Below are positions 61,409 through 64,000 of a stretch of DNA of 64,000 bases, piece by piece. Origin of the DNA: Octopus bimaculoides (lineage: Eukaryota); the NCBI RefSeq assembly GCF_001194135.2, contig NC_068982.1, positions 33,860,833 to 33,924,832 on the forward strand, written 5' to 3'. Within the stretch, counting starts at the first letter, position 1. Each line of letters opens with the position of its first letter. The notes beneath the pieces were generated by a model, which saw only the letters and a list, made by a program, of their open reading frames with translations, made no database searches and was not told the origin of the DNA. The position numbers and the translations under genes were made by a program.

Positions 61409-63700
61409 TTAATAACAACTCTTTAAAATATTAAAACATGTATTTTATGAAGTTATTGTTATGTCAGCATAAAATCAACTAAATCTGAAACATTTTACTT
61501 GTTCCACAAATTGTTCTAATTTTAGAAACTAGATTTTCCAGTCTAGTTTCTTTTTTTCTTTCTTCGATTCTTCTCCTTTTTGTTGTTGTTGTTGTTGTTA
61601 TTGTCCAAACCTTTCAGCTGACAGAATGTCCATTATTGTTTGACATGGAGAGAAAAAAAATCACACAAAAATCAACAGCCCACCCTCGCAAGTTTCCCAG
61701 TTCCACACCAGTATAATAGGAATATTAATGAGTTAGTGAGCTACATCATTAGAGTTATATAAGTGTCCCTGGGAAGAAATTCCATTTACCAAAAATAAGT
61801 TACTAGTAACGTGTCTCATAACTAATTAGTATGTCTGCTACAATAATACTCATGATTTTGTTTTATTTTGTTTTGCTGTAGTCATTTACTTTATTTCCTT
61901 CTTGTACTTGTTTTAGTCATTGGACTTTGGCCATGCTGGTGCATTGCCTTGAATAGCTTGTTTAGTCTAACAAATCAAGCCTAGTTCTTATCTTTTTTTA
62001 AGTCGTACTTATTCTTTCAGTTGCTTTTACCAAACTACTAAGTTACAGGGATGTAAACAAACTAACACTGGTTGTCAAGCATTGGGGGTGCACACACACA
62101 CACACACACACACATGCACACACATGATGGACCACCACTCAGTTTCTGTTTTACCAAATTCACTCACAAAGCATTGGTTAACCCCAGGGCTATAGTAAAA
62201 GATATTTGTCCAAGGTCACATAAAGCTTCTTAACCACACTGCCATATTTGCACCTATCAATAAAAAACAACTTTCCTCATGTGAAAATAAAACCAAGTTG
62301 ATGCAATAGCAGTGAAGAGCAAAGTTTTGAATAGGATTTTAATTAGTGAAACTTTCAGATGAGATGACAAAGGACCAAGATACACGGTGCCTTACAGTAC
62401 TCAAGAAGATCTGTCCTCCACAGCAGAAGTGTTAAGGCCACTACCCCAAGGGAAGAGGATTGGCCTGCAAGAGTCCTGTGCTGGTGCCAAGTAAAAAGGC
62501 ACCTGTGTCAGTGACATGTAAAAGCACTCATGCTGGTGCCATGTTAAAAGCACCCAGCACAAAATGTAAAGTGGTTGGTGTTAAGAAGGGCATACAGTTT
62601 TAGAAACCAAGCCAAATCAGACTGGAACCTGGTACAGCTCTCCCGCTAGCCAGCTCTGGTCAAACTGTTCAACCCATGCCAGTATGCAACACAACTAAAA
62701 ATGATGATGATGATGAATTAAATTAATGGTTAGGATAGTTATGAAAGATTGAGGTGGAATTTCAGAATATCTTTGACTATATCATTCATCACAAGGTCCA
62801 ACACTTGTGGTGTGGTGTGGTGTGTTGTGGTGTGGTGTGGTGTGGTGTGGTGTGGTGTGGAATGGTGTGGTGTAATGGATTGTGTATCTCAATGATCCTG
62901 GGGAGCTTTGCCAGTGGAGTACAAACTCCTGGTAAAATTTTCTGTACTAGATAGGTCAAAGGATAGAGACCAGACTAATATGAAGCACCTCTTCCCAGAC
63001 ATAAAAAAATGGGTTTGTGCAGGGCCAACATCTCTACCTAGTAAAAAGCAAAGTTACAGAAGCATCAATAACAATTCAAAGCCAAAAGACTTGGGAAAGG
63101 AAGGCCTTACAACCAAGAGTCAAGAACACTGAAAACACATACACACACAAACATATATGCATGCATACAATATAATACAATACAATAAAATACAATACAT
63201 ACATGCATAATAAAAAGGAACACTGGTGGAACATACCAGTGAAGACCTCAATAAAATGTAAACACAACAGGCTTGATATAATGATTTTGGATAGAGAAGA
63301 GAAACTGTGCTCAGTTGTGTAAATTAGCTGCCCAGCAGATATTAACATAGAGCTGAAGATCAGTGAAAAAGAGAACACCTATGCTGAACTATTGAGAAAT
63401 CTGTAGTTACTCTATCCATATTACAAGTTCAGGTTTATATCGGTAATTATTAGGCCTTGGGATACATAGCACACTGCCTAAATACCAATCTTGAGAAATT
63501 AGGCTTCTTAAAATCAAAAAGGAGAAAGCCAATTCGAAGACTACAGATCCACTGGAACTGTAAAAATCTGTAAAACTTTCCAGAAGTTTATCATTTAAAT
63601 ATATATGAGCATGTCTGGATATATAACTATATGCACGAGAATACATACATAAAATATACAAATCTGCACCAAAATACATACATACATATATACATAATTG

Positions 63701-64000
63701 TACCAATGTGCCAGAAGGGAGGCTAGGCGACAGGTTTATTTAGCCAGAGGGGAAGCAGATAAGGAAAGATTTGCCAATGTTCTGCGCCGTGAGGACCAAA
63801 GACTCGAGGTATTTCGGGTTGCAAGACAGTGTAGGAGAGAGAATAGTGATGTTGTAGGAGAGAAATGTGTTCGCATGGATGATGGTACGCTTGCATTAAA
63901 TGAGGATGCAAAGAAAGAGGTCTGGAGATGCCACTACGATAGATTGCTTAATAAAGAGAATGAATGGGAGAAAGAGAGCCTGCCTTATGTCGACCCAATA
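63701..64000 (+). mobile_element. 5'-truncated RTE-like LINE ORF2, endonuclease-RT linker, open to the window end
   Basis: Uninterrupted frame YQCARREARRQVYLARGEADKERF...EVFRVARQCRRENSDVVGEKCVRMDDGTLALNEDAKKEVWRCHYDRLLNKENEWEKESLPYVDPI, with the W..H...LLN.EN.W motif typical of LINE linkers. Confidence 0.75.

Overview
AT-rich, microsatellite- and repeat-dense animal genomic DNA with nine N gaps. The SINE/LINE complement and gene set look like a coleoid cephalopod, probably Octopus (inferred, not verified). In 1-30 kb I found no recognisable host gene, only tRNA-headed SINEs, Tc1/mariner, piggyBac- and Tigger-like MITEs, and LINE and Gypsy relics. At 30-54 kb there is a compact gene cluster that I reconstructed exon by exon from splice sites. 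It comprises a glutaredoxin-like C5orf63 homolog (-, 2 exons, 111 aa), head-to-head 237 bp from NUBP1/Nbp35 (+, only 2 coding exons, 324 aa), a convergent TBCA (-, 4 exons, 110 aa), and the apparent first coding exon of a myosin-motor-domain gene (+) whose remaining exons were not found in the window. The region 54-64 kb holds a decayed near-full-length mariner, Helitron-like termini, a Naiad-like Penelope element with long in-frame Thr/Asn-rich expansions, and the start of an RTE-like LINE frame that runs off the window. The most notable signal is a set of hammerhead-ribozyme-like motifs in three unrelated repeat families. One sits in an element built as Pol III tRNA-like head + (AAT)n + Penelope-type hammerhead terminal repeat with an inverted upstream copy, which is a candidate Penelope-mobilised SINE. 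The intact cores lie antisense to host pre-mRNAs, and the single sense copy carries a G8A core change.
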